From the NCBI GenBank assembly GCA_028818855.1, contig JAPPMY010000192.1, forward strand, positions 31,119-95,118: a DNA stretch of 64,000 bases, written 5' to 3'. The notes under the pieces were generated by a model. It worked only from the letters and a program-made list of their open reading frames with translations. It had not been told where the DNA came from and searched no databases. The position numbers were made by a program, and so were the translations under genes. Positions 28,119 to 36,496 of this stretch are shown in pieces. This DNA is from Rhodospirillales bacterium (GTDB lineage: Bacteria > Pseudomonadota > Alphaproteobacteria > UBA828). Position 1 is the stretch's first letter. Every line of letters begins with the position of its first letter.

Positions 28119-28996
28119 GCGTGCCGACCCTCGACATCCAGGACCTCAGACTGGGCTTCCGGACCTACGAGGCCTACGTCGAGGTGCTGCACGGCATCTC
28201 GCTCACCATCCGGCCGGGCGAGCGGGTGGCGCTGGTGGGCGAGTCCGGCTCGGGCAAGTCGGTCACCGCCCGTATCGTTCTGGGTCTGCTGCAGCTCCTG
28301 CGCTCGGCGCGGATCTCCGGCAGCGTGGTCTTCGAGGGGCGCGATCTCGACCGGCTCTCGGCGCGGGAGCGCCAGCGGTTGCGGGGCACGCGCATGACCA
28401 TGGTGTTCCAGGACCCGACGTCCTCGCTCAATCCGGTCTACCGCATCGGAACCCAGTTCCACGAGGTGCTGAGGCGGGCCGAGCCCGGAATCAGCGAGGC
28501 CGCCGCCCGCGAGCGCGCGGCGCACATGCTCATGGAGGTCTCCATCGACGACCCGGACCGGGTCTTCGAATCGTACGCCTTCCAGCTCTCGGGCGGGATG
28601 AACCAGCGGGTGATGATCGCGATGGCGCTCGCCAACGAGCCCGCGCTGCTGATCGCCGACGAGCCGGGCACCGCGCTCGACGTGACGGTGCAGGCGCAGA
28701 CGCTGAAGCTGATGCGCGAGCTGGTCGAGCATCACCACACGTCGGTGCTGTTCATCTCCCACAACCTCGGCGTCGTGCGCGAGTTCGCGGACCGCGTCTA
28801 CGTCATCTACAAGGGCCGCATCGTCGAGCAGGGGCCGTGCGCGTCCGTCTTCGAGCAGCCGGGCCACGCGTACACGCGCGCGCTCATGGCGGCCGTGCCC
28901 CGCATCACCGGCGGCGGGCTGCCGGACATCGGCGACGAGCCGCGCGACTTCTCGGAGCCGCTCGTCGTCCACGCAGCGAGCGGAGGCGCGCCATGA
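28115..28996 (+). CDS. ABC transporter ATP-binding protein (DppD-like)
   Basis: Residue 223 onward of ORF 27449..28996. Walker A GESGSGKS, signature LSGGMNQRVMIAMAL and Walker B LLIADEPGTALD. Confidence 0.85.
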   Translation: MSVPTLDIQDLRLGFRTYEAYVEVLHGISLTIRPGERVALVGESGSGKSVTARIVLGLLQLLRSARISGSVVFEGRDLDRLSARERQRLRGTRMTMVFQDPTSSLNPVYRIGTQFHEVLRRAEPGISEAAARERAAHMLMEVSIDDPDRVFESYAFQLSGGMNQRVMIAMALANEPALLIADEPGTALDVTVQAQTLKLMRELVEHHHTSVLFISHNLGVVREFADRVYVIYKGRIVEQGPCASVFEQPGHAYTRALMAAVPRITGGGLPDIGDEPRDFSEPLVVHAASGGAP

Positions 28997-29805
28997 GCCC
29001 GCCGCTGCTGGAGGTGCACAATCTCTCCAAGGTCTTCCGGCTGGAGGACCGCGAGATCCCCGCCCTGCTGGAAGTCTCGTTCGCCGTGAGCGCCGGCGAG
29101 TGCCTCGCCATCGTGGGCGAGTCGGGTGCCGGCAAGAGCACGGTCGCCAACCTCATCCTCGGCGTCTATCCGCCGTCGTCGGGCGATATCCTGATGCACG
29201 GCGCGCCCCTGCCGCCCCGGCGCGGCCGCGAGCACCGGCGCGCGATCCAGCTCGTGCAGCAGAACCCGCTGTCGAGCCTCAACCCGAAGCGCACCGTCGG
29301 CGCCTCGCTCCGCCTCGCGCTCGACGTGCACCGCATCGGCGAGCGCCACGAGCGGCCGGAGATCGTGGCGACGCTGCTGGAGGAAGTGGGCCTCCCCGCC
29401 GAGTTCGCGCGGCGCTATCCGGCGGCGCTTTCCGGCGGGCAGCGCCAGCGCGTCGCGGTCGCCCGCGCGCTCACCTGCCGCTCGGAGCTGGTGGTGCTGG
29501 ACGAGCCCACGTCCTCGCTCGACGTGCTGGTGCAGGCGCGCGTGCTCCGGCTGCTGGAGGAGCTGCGGCCGAGGCGCGGCCTCACCTACCTCTTCATCAC
29601 CCACGACCTTTCGGTCGTGCGCAACTTCGCGGACCGCGTCGCGGTGTTCGAGAAGGGGCGCCTCATCGAGATCGGCGTGACCGAGGCCCTGTTCGCGGCA
29701 CCCCGGCATCCCTACACGCGCCGCCTCATTAGCGCCGTCCCCGTCGTCACCCGCGAAGAAGAAGCGATGCGGGACGCGCTGGCGGAGGGGGAGTTCCGGC
29801 AATGA
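28993..29805 (+). CDS. ABC transporter ATP-binding protein (DppF-like)
   Basis: Residue 53 onward of ORF 28837..29805. Walker A GESGAGKST, signature LSGGQRQRVAVARAL and Walker B LVVLDEPTSSLD. Confidence 0.85.
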   Translation: MSPPLLEVHNLSKVFRLEDREIPALLEVSFAVSAGECLAIVGESGAGKSTVANLILGVYPPSSGDILMHGAPLPPRRGREHRRAIQLVQQNPLSSLNPKRTVGASLRLALDVHRIGERHERPEIVATLLEEVGLPAEFARRYPAALSGGQRQRVAVARALTCRSELVVLDEPTSSLDVLVQARVLRLLEELRPRRGLTYLFITHDLSVVRNFADRVAVFEKGRLIEIGVTEALFAAPRHPYTRRLISAVPVVTREEEAMRDALAEGEFRQ

Positions 29806-29854
29806 GCGCGCGCTCGTTTCCCACGCCTTTCCAGCCCACTCAGGGAGTCCATTG

Positions 29855-31930
29855 ATGCCCGCGAAATCCATCCGCGTCGCGACCGACGTCGGCGGCACGT
29901 TCACCGACCTCCTGGTCTTCGAGTCCGACGCGGCAACCGGCGAGGCCCGCGTCCGCAGCGCCAAGAGCGACACCACGCCCGGCGGCTACGAGGAAGGCGT
30001 GTTCGACGTCATGGCGAAGGCGGGCGTGGAGGCGGACTCGGTGGGCTTCCTCGCCCACGGCACGACCGTCGTCATCAACGCGCTGACCGAGCGCACCGGC
30101 GTGCGAGTCGGCCTCGTCACGACCCAGGGCTTCCGCGACACGCTGGAGATCGCGCGCGGCAACCGGCCCGACTTCTTCAACCTGCACTACCGGAAGCCCG
30201 AGCCCTTCGTGCCGCGGCGCCTCCGCCGCGAGCTGCCCGGCCGCATCGATTACCACGGCAACGAGATGCAGCCCCTCGACCTCTCGCCGCTGCCAGCGAT
30301 CGTCGCGGACTTCCAGGCCGAGGGCGTGGAGGCGGTCGCGATCTGCTTCATCCACTCCTACGCGAACCCGTCGCACGAGGAGCGCGCGCTGGCGGAGCTT
30401 GCCCGCCTCTGGCCCGGGGTCTCGGCCATCTCGTCGCACCAGATCACGCGCGAGTGGCGCGAGTACGAGCGCACCAGCACCGCCGTGCTGTCGGCCTACG
30501 TGCAGCCGGTGGCGGAGCGCTACCTGCAGCGCCTCGACGCCGGCCTCGCCGAGAAGGGCTTCGGCGGCGGCCTCTACATCATGCAGTCCAACTGCGGCGT
30601 CGATTCCGTGGGCACCGTCTCGCGCATCCCCATCACGATGGTGGAATCGGGGCCGGCGTCCGGCGTCTGGGGCGCGGCCGAGCTGGGCCGGCTCATCGGC
30701 GAGCCCAACGTGCTGGCCCTCGATATCGGCGGCACCACCGCCAAGTGCTCGCTGGTCGAGGACGCGGACGTCAGGATCAAGACCGACTACTGGATCGGCC
30801 GCAGCCGCGCCACCGCGGGCTACCCGATCATGGTCCCGGTCGTCGACCTGGTGGAGATCGGCAACGGCGGCGGCTCCATCGCCTGGGTCGACGACTTCGG
30901 CAAGCTGCGCGTGGGCCCCCGCTCCGCAGGCGCCGCGCCGGGGCCTGCGGCCTACGGGCGGGGCGGCACCGAGGCCACCACGACCGACGCCAACCTCTGG
31001 CTCGGCCGCATCAACCGCGACTACTTCTGCGGCGGCACGGTGGAGGCCGACATGGATGCCGTGCAGAAGGCCATCGAGGCGGTGGGCGCGCGCCTCGGCG
31101 TCGATGCCGACGAGGCGGCCCGCGGCATCGTGCGCATCGCCAACAACAACATGGTGAACGCGCTGAAGCTGGTCTCCGTCAACCGCGGCTTCGATCCGCG
31201 CGACTTCACCCTGATCGCCTTCGGCGGCGGCGGCGCAATGCACGCGGTCGCGCTGGCGCAGGAACTCGGCGTCACCAAGGTGGTGGTGCCGGCCGATGCC
31301 TCGGTGTTCTCCGCCTGGGGCATGATGATGTCCGACCTCAGGCGCGACGACGTCCTCACCCTGCTCGTCGATCTCACGGCCGGGAACGCCTCCGCCATCG
31401 AGGCCGCGTTCGGCGAGGCGGAGGCGCGCGCGCGGGGCCGCTTCGCCGCCGAAGGCATCGCGGCCTCGCAGGTCAGGCTCGCGCGCCTCGGCAAGTTCCG
31501 CTACCAGAACCAGGAGCACACCACGGAGGTGCCGCTGGAGGGGGGCCCGATCACGGCGGCCGGCGTCGCCGCTATCGAGGCCGCCTTCCACGAGACCTAC
31601 GAGCGCGAGTACACCTACAGGCTGGATGCGCCGGTGGAGATGGTGGGCCTCCACGTCATCGCCACGGTCGACATCGGCAAGCTCACCATGACCCGGCACG
31701 AGGTGACGGGACGCGCGCTCGCCGACGCGCAGAAGGGCACGCGCCGCGTCGACTACGCGCTCGAGGGCCGGCACGAGGCCGCGATCTACGACGGCGAGCG
31801 GCTGGAGCCCGGCATGGCCTTCGACGGCCCCGCCATCGTGGAGGACCCCGGCACCACGGTCGTGGTTCACCCCGGTAGCCACGCAGAGATGGACGGCTAC
31901 GGCAATATCCGCATTCTTATCCGCAACTGA
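29855..31930 (+). CDS. hydantoinase/oxoprolinase A-type subunit (HyuA family)
   Basis: ATG 7 nt after AGGGAG. The N-terminus IRVATDVGGTFTDLLVF and the internal LALDIGGTTAKCSLV are the two ASKHA ATPase motifs of Hydantoinase_A. Confidence 0.85.
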   Translation: MPAKSIRVATDVGGTFTDLLVFESDAATGEARVRSAKSDTTPGGYEEGVFDVMAKAGVEADSVGFLAHGTTVVINALTERTGVRVGLVTTQGFRDTLEIARGNRPDFFNLHYRKPEPFVPRRLRRELPGRIDYHGNEMQPLDLSPLPAIVADFQAEGVEAVAICFIHSYANPSHEERALAELARLWPGVSAISSHQITREWREYERTSTAVLSAYVQPVAERYLQRLDAGLAEKGFGGGLYIMQSNCGVDSVGTVSRIPITMVESGPASGVWGAAELGRLIGEPNVLALDIGGTTAKCSLVEDADVRIKTDYWIGRSRATAGYPIMVPVVDLVEIGNGGGSIAWVDDFGKLRVGPRSAGAAPGPAAYGRGGTEATTTDANLWLGRINRDYFCGGTVEADMDAVQKAIEAVGARLGVDADEAARGIVRIANNNMVNALKLVSVNRGFDPRDFTLIAFGGGGAMHAVALAQELGVTKVVVPADASVFSAWGMMMSDLRRDDVLTLLVDLTAGNASAIEAAFGEAEARARGRFAAEGIAASQVRLARLGKFRYQNQEHTTEVPLEGGPITAAGVAAIEAAFHETYEREYTYRLDAPVEMVGLHVIATVDIGKLTMTRHEVTGRALADAQKGTRRVDYALEGRHEAAIYDGERLEPGMAFDGPAIVEDPGTTVVVHPGSHAEMDGYGNIRILIRN

Positions 31931-31949
31931 GCGAGCAGGCGGCAGCATC

Positions 31950-33635
31950 ATGAATACGACGGCGACGGCAAACGCGATCACCAACGACCCGATCACCCTG
32001 GAGATCATTCAGAACTCGCTGCAGAGCGCGGCCGACGAGATGTTCGCCGCCATGAAGAAGACGGCGATGAGCTCGATCATCTACGAAGTGCTCGACATGG
32101 GCACCGGGATCACCGACGCGAAGGGCGAGATCGCCTGCTCCGGCGCCGGCATTCCGGCCTTCGTCGGCGTGCTCGACAAGGCAGTGACGGTAATCGTCGA
32201 GAAGTTCGACGCGCCGGGCGCCGTCGAGCCCGGCGACGTCTTCGTCACCAACGACCCCTACTACGGTGGGGTCACGCACCTGAACGACATCGTTGTCGTC
32301 ATGCCGGTCTTCGCCGAGGGCCGGATCATCGCCTGGACCGCGAACATCGCGCACAACTCCGACGTGGGCGGCATGGCGCCGGGCTCGCTCACCGGCGAGG
32401 CGACGGAGATCTTTCAGGAGGGGCTCAGGCTGCCCGCCGTCAAGATGATCTCCCGCGGCGAGCCGATCCAGCCGGTGCTGGAGATCATCAAGGTCAACTC
32501 GCGCATGCCGGACGTGCTCGAAGGCGACGTCTGGGCCGCCATCGCGTCCGTCCGCATCGGCACCGCGCGGCTCGTGGAGATCGCGGAGAAGTACGGCGCC
32601 GCCACCTTCGAGCAGGCGATGACCTCCTTCATGGACTATGGCGAGCGGGTCTCGCGGTCCGCGCTCAAGACGCTGCCCAAGGGCACCTTCACGCTCGCCG
32701 AGGAGCAGGACGACGGCCAGGTCTTCAACGTCACCATCACCATCGCGGACGACGAGTTCCTCGTCGACCTGCGCGACAACCCGGACCAGGCGACCAACCC
32801 CGTCAACACCAGCCGGGACGGCGTGATGGTGGCGGCGCAGATGATCTTCAAGTCGCTGACCGACCCCTACTCGCCCTGCAACGCGGGCTCCTTCCGCCCC
32901 ATCCGCCTGCTGACGCGCGAGGGCTCGGTGTTCCACGCGAGCGAGCCCGCGCCCATCGGCTTCTATTACGAGATCGACCTCCGCGTGTACGACGTCATGT
33001 GGCGCTGCCTCGCCCAGCACATGCCGGACCTGCTGGCGGCCGGTCACTTCGCCTCGGTGTGCGGCACCTTCATCGGCGGCATCCACCCCGACACCGGCCG
33101 CCAGTACACCATCATCGAGCCGCAGCTCGGCGGCTGGGGCGGCCGCGAGGGGATGGACGGCAACACCGCCATGTTCTGCGGCTTCCACGGCGAGACCTTC
33201 AACTGCCCGGCCGAGGTCAACGAGGCCCGCAACGGGCTCTACGTCGACCAGATGGCGCTCAACCTGGAGCCCGGCGGCGAGGGCGAGTTCACCGGCGGGC
33301 GCGGCATCGTCATGGACTACCGCGTGCGCGCCGACGACGGTTTCCTCACCATGGGCTACACGCGCTCGAAGTACCCCGCCTGGGCGCTCGACGGCGGCAA
33401 CGAGGGCTCGCCCAACTACGTGGACTTCATCCCGCGCGAGGGCGAGCGCCAGCGCTTCGCCTTCGTCTCCGGCCTCAAGACGCAGCGGGACGACGTGATC
33501 CGCGTCGTCACCGGCAACGGCGGCGGCTTCGGCGATCCGAAGAAGCGCGACCCCGAGCGCGTGCGCCGCGACGTGAGCAACGGCCTCATCAGCGCCGAAC
33601 GCGCGCGGGAGGTCTACGGCGTGACAGTCGAGTAA
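31950..33635 (+). CDS. hydantoinase B/oxoprolinase-type subunit (HyuB family)
   Basis: DPITLEIIQNSLQSAADEMFAAMKKTAMSSIIYEVLD and FVTNDPYYGGVTHLNDI are the classic Hydantoinase_B N-terminal motifs. Confidence 0.85.
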   Translation: MNTTATANAITNDPITLEIIQNSLQSAADEMFAAMKKTAMSSIIYEVLDMGTGITDAKGEIACSGAGIPAFVGVLDKAVTVIVEKFDAPGAVEPGDVFVTNDPYYGGVTHLNDIVVVMPVFAEGRIIAWTANIAHNSDVGGMAPGSLTGEATEIFQEGLRLPAVKMISRGEPIQPVLEIIKVNSRMPDVLEGDVWAAIASVRIGTARLVEIAEKYGAATFEQAMTSFMDYGERVSRSALKTLPKGTFTLAEEQDDGQVFNVTITIADDEFLVDLRDNPDQATNPVNTSRDGVMVAAQMIFKSLTDPYSPCNAGSFRPIRLLTREGSVFHASEPAPIGFYYEIDLRVYDVMWRCLAQHMPDLLAAGHFASVCGTFIGGIHPDTGRQYTIIEPQLGGWGGREGMDGNTAMFCGFHGETFNCPAEVNEARNGLYVDQMALNLEPGGEGEFTGGRGIVMDYRVRADDGFLTMGYTRSKYPAWALDGGNEGSPNYVDFIPREGERQRFAFVSGLKTQRDDVIRVVTGNGGGFGDPKKRDPERVRRDVSNGLISAERAREVYGVTVE

Positions 33636-33670
33636 ATCGAGACAGACGATCCAGACAACGGGAGGACCGC

Positions 33671-34480
33671 ATGAAGGCCAACGCCCCCCTCAAGCTCATG
33701 TACCTCAACCCGGTCGGTACCGATGCCTACGATGCCGTCTTCGCCGAGATGGCGCGCAGCTACAAGCTGCCCGGCACGGAGGTCCACATCACCTGCCTGG
33801 CCGACCCGGGCGGGAGCTTCACCCACATCGAGTACCGCTCCTACGAGACCATCGTCTCGCGCGGAATCATCCAGGCGACGCGGCAGGCGGCGCGCGAGGG
33901 CTTCGATGCGCTCGCCATCGGCTGCTTCTACGACACGGCGCTGCACGATGCCCGCGAGGTCTCCGGCGAGATGATCGTGACCGCGCCCTGCCTCGCCTCC
34001 TGCGAGATCGCGGCGAGCCTCGCCAACCGCTTCGGCATCATCGTGGGCCGCCGCAAGTGGGTGAACCAGATGAACGCCGTCGCCCGCGAGCACGGCTACG
34101 GCGAGCGCCTCTCGGGCTTCTACCACGTGGAGCTTGGCGTGAACGACTTCCAGGCCGATCACGCGGAGACCGAGCGCCGCCTGGTCGCGGCAGGACGCAA
34201 GGCGGTGGAGGAGGACTACGCGGAAGCGCTCATCCTCGGCTGCACGCTGGAGATCGGCTTCTACAAGGAGGTCGAGAAGGCCGTGGGCGTGCCGGTCATC
34301 GACCCCTCCATCGCAGCGATGAAGCGCGCCGAGTACGCCGCCAATCTCAAGCGCCAGTGCGGCTGGGTGCCGAGCCGCATGTGGTCCTGCGAGGCGCCGC
34401 CGGAGGAAGAGATCGCGCGCTTCGGCGGCTTCGACAACGGCGACGCCTTCGCCCAGCGCCTGGTGGTCGAGGCGGAGTAA
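33671..34480 (+). CDS. Asp/Glu/hydantoin racemase family protein
   Basis: Residue 225 onward of ORF 32999..34480, with ATG preceded by GGAGGA. The two active-site Cys contexts are AIGCFYD and ILGCTLE. Confidence 0.8.
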   Translation: MKANAPLKLMYLNPVGTDAYDAVFAEMARSYKLPGTEVHITCLADPGGSFTHIEYRSYETIVSRGIIQATRQAAREGFDALAIGCFYDTALHDAREVSGEMIVTAPCLASCEIAASLANRFGIIVGRRKWVNQMNAVAREHGYGERLSGFYHVELGVNDFQADHAETERRLVAAGRKAVEEDYAEALILGCTLEIGFYKEVEKAVGVPVIDPSIAAMKRAEYAANLKRQCGWVPSRMWSCEAPPEEEIARFGGFDNGDAFAQRLVVEAE

Positions 34481-34532
34481 GGGCAGCGCGCCACTCCGCC
34501 TCTGCGAAGGCCACGTCGGTTCTGCGCGTGGC

Positions 34533-35156
34533 CTATGCACTCAGGCCGACGACCTGGCGACGGTGAGCGGACTGCCGCGCCGCCGTCAGGAGAAAGCGGG
34601 CCACTGCTGCGCGAGAGATGGAGCCACCGCCCTCGGGAAGCGCACCTTCGGCCTGGCGGTACGCGGTCGAGGCGTCGTCGGTGAGAAAGCCCGTCCGCGC
34701 GATCGTCCAATCGAGGCTGGAGGCGCAGATCAGCTCCTCCATGCGGCGCGCCTCCTGCACGACGCTCCGCACGAGCCCCCTCAAGGCACGGTCGCGCAGC
34801 CTGCCGCTCGGGAACAGCAGCGCCGACGAAGTCACCAGGAGCCTGTCGACGTCGCTTCCCTCCATGGCGCCGACAATCGCGCGTGCGGAATCGGAATAGA
34901 CGGCGGCGGCAGCCTTCGTCGGCCGGCGCGGCCCCAGCGTGGAGATCACCACGTCGTGGCCGGGCAGGAGCGCCGCCAGAACCCTCGGGTCGCAAGCGCT
35001 CCCGACGCGAACGTCCAGCCGCTCATGGCTGAGATCGGCGAGCTTCCCTTCGGCGCGCACCAGCGCGGTCACCCTGTCGCCGGCGCCGAGCGCGCCGACA
35101 AGGACCTTCCGCCCGGTTCTCCCGCTGGCGCCCAGCAAAACGATGTTCACACGCAC
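34533..35156 (-). CDS. NAD(P)H-binding (atypical SDR / NmrA-BVR-B-like) protein
   Basis: GTG start. The Rossmann motif IVLLGASGRTGRKVL lies at the N-terminus. 207 aa. Confidence 0.75.
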   Translation of the reverse strand: MRVNIVLLGASGRTGRKVLVGALGAGDRVTALVRAEGKLADLSHERLDVRVGSACDPRVLAALLPGHDVVISTLGPRRPTKAAAAVYSDSARAIVGAMEGSDVDRLLVTSSALLFPSGRLRDRALRGLVRSVVQEARRMEELICASSLDWTIARTGFLTDDASTAYRQAEGALPEGGGSISRAAVARFLLTAARQSAHRRQVVGLSA

Positions 35157-35338
35157 TCCGTCAAGCGTTGCGGAGACCGTCCGGCATCAAGTCCAGCGTC
35201 CACGCCTGCCCGCCCGGAAGCCACCTTGTGCATCAGCAGGCGGTCGCCCTTGATCTCGAAGGCGATTGTGTCTCCTTCGCGCAGGTCCGCTGCCTCCCGA
35301 ACGGGCTTGGGGATCGTCGTCCGACCGCGTGACCGGAT
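35147..35338 (-). pseudogene. AbrB/SpoVT-type antitoxin remnant (no start codon, N-terminus missing)
   Basis: My own translation of the open frame between TAG (35339-35341) and TGA (35147-35149) gives IRSRGRTTIPKPVREAADLREGDTIAFEIKGDRLLMHKV…. This is the looped-hinge-helix core of AbrB/MazE-type antitoxins. There is no ATG/GTG before the domain. Confidence 0.45.
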
Positions 35339-35419
35339 CTAGGCGACTTGCATCCGCCCGCTCCCTCGCTACCTGGAGTGTGTGGTTATCCAGGATAGCC
35401 CAAGACGCGGCGGCGCGGA

Positions 35420-35640
35420 CTCCATGACCAGCGGCGACGTCCTCGCCGCCAACGGCCACCTGCACGGCCTGCTGCGGGAGTCGCTGGCGCAAGCGGCGGG
35501 TTGAGGGCGGCGCGTGCCCGCGCCGGGTTCGCCACCCTCAGGCTGCACCTGCTCAAGTTCAGCGCCCGCGTCATCGAAAAGGCCACCAGCGTCCACCTCA
35601 CGTCGGCCTGCCCGAACAGCTCAAGTCTGTTCGTGAGTTT
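35420..35640 (+). pseudogene. IS1380-family-like transposase C-terminal remnant (frameshifted); boundaries approximate
   Basis: The two frames read …GDVLAANGHLHGLLRESLAQAAG and …ATLRLHLLKFSARVIEKATSVHLTSACP. These resemble the C-terminal …aaYnL…lR… / LRlrLLKigArv…v.l.sa.P end of IS1380-type DDE transposases. Assignment is by recollection only. Confidence 0.4.
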
Positions 35641-35992
35641 TCGATATCCTGCTTTCGATCCTATACAACTGCTCGCTAATGCGAGTAACATCATCCTTTA
35701 GCTGTGACAACTCATGAGTAATGTTGGACTCCAAATCAATTGTGCGGCCCATGAGCGGTGCTACTCTGGATTCAAGAAGTGAGAGTTGGGCATACATTTG
35801 ATTTGTTCTGCTTTCAACTGACCTGACATGATTTAGCAGGGTCTTAACTATTTCTTCTATGTCTTCTTTGAGCGAAAGAATCCACTCTCTTGTGTATGTA
35901 TCAGACGTGTCTATTCGCTTCATTATATTGTCGCGTAGCTGATCTAGACGCTCCTGAAGGTCTTCGGGCTTTAGGGGATTGTGTCCAGGCAT
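35621..35992 (-). CDS. small coiled-coil hypothetical protein (123 aa) in a low-GC islet
   Basis: ATG at residue 22 of ORF 35621..36055, preceded by AAGGAGAAATAAA. Heptad-rich sequence (…LQERLDQLRDNIMKRID…LSQLKDDVTRISEQLYRIESRISK). GC is markedly lower than in the flanks. Confidence 0.55.
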   Translation of the reverse strand: MPGHNPLKPEDLQERLDQLRDNIMKRIDTSDTYTREWILSLKEDIEEIVKTLLNHVRSVESRTNQMYAQLSLLESRVAPLMGRTIDLESNITHELSQLKDDVTRISEQLYRIESRISKTHEQT

Positions 35993-36496
35993 TTTATTTC
36001 TCCTTGCAGACTGGGGATTGATGTAGCGGCAAGCATTCACAACTCGTCTTAACATTTGGACGCTCGGCTTGGCGTTGGATGCGCTGCTCCCGGGCTACTA
36101 GCCCGGATTATTCATGGCGGGTCTGATTTTGGAGTGGCCGACGTAGCGTAGAGCGTGGCCATCGGATAGAAGTTCGTTGTCGAAGCGTCTTCTTCTCCGA
36201 ACAACGAATCCGCCACGCCCGCCACGGCCGACGATGGCCCTCTCTCCTTCGATCTAGCAAGCGTCCAACGCAAGAAAATTGAGCACCGCCTTCGATGGCG
36301 GCCTGATCGCATCGGGGGGGGGGAGCGTTCGGGCCACGATGATCCGGTATGGTCAGATAGCTCTTAATTATAGCGGATAACACTATACAGGATAACGCCA
36401 CGGCTCGCACGGCTGGCAGTCGCGGCCGCATTCGGCGAAAATGCGGGTGAAGCGGGATGACGCGGGCGCACCGTCCGCAGGGGGAGAGAAGCGGGT

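Noticed and set aside
36372-36396. lac-operator-like sequence ATAGCGGATAACAC followed 15 bp later by a second GGATAAC, about 100 bp upstream of the amidohydrolase gene.
   Set aside because: The resemblance to lacO is limited to about 10 nt. No LacI-family regulator is nearby. The sequence lies in the foreign, AT-richer scar. Only the direct GGATAAC repeat is worth noting.
36108-36431. ORFs 36108..36431 (-) and 36112..36312 (-) as genes.
   Set aside because: There is no RBS and no motif. Both frames overlap and span the G10 tract and mixed-composition DNA. They are probably non-coding debris.
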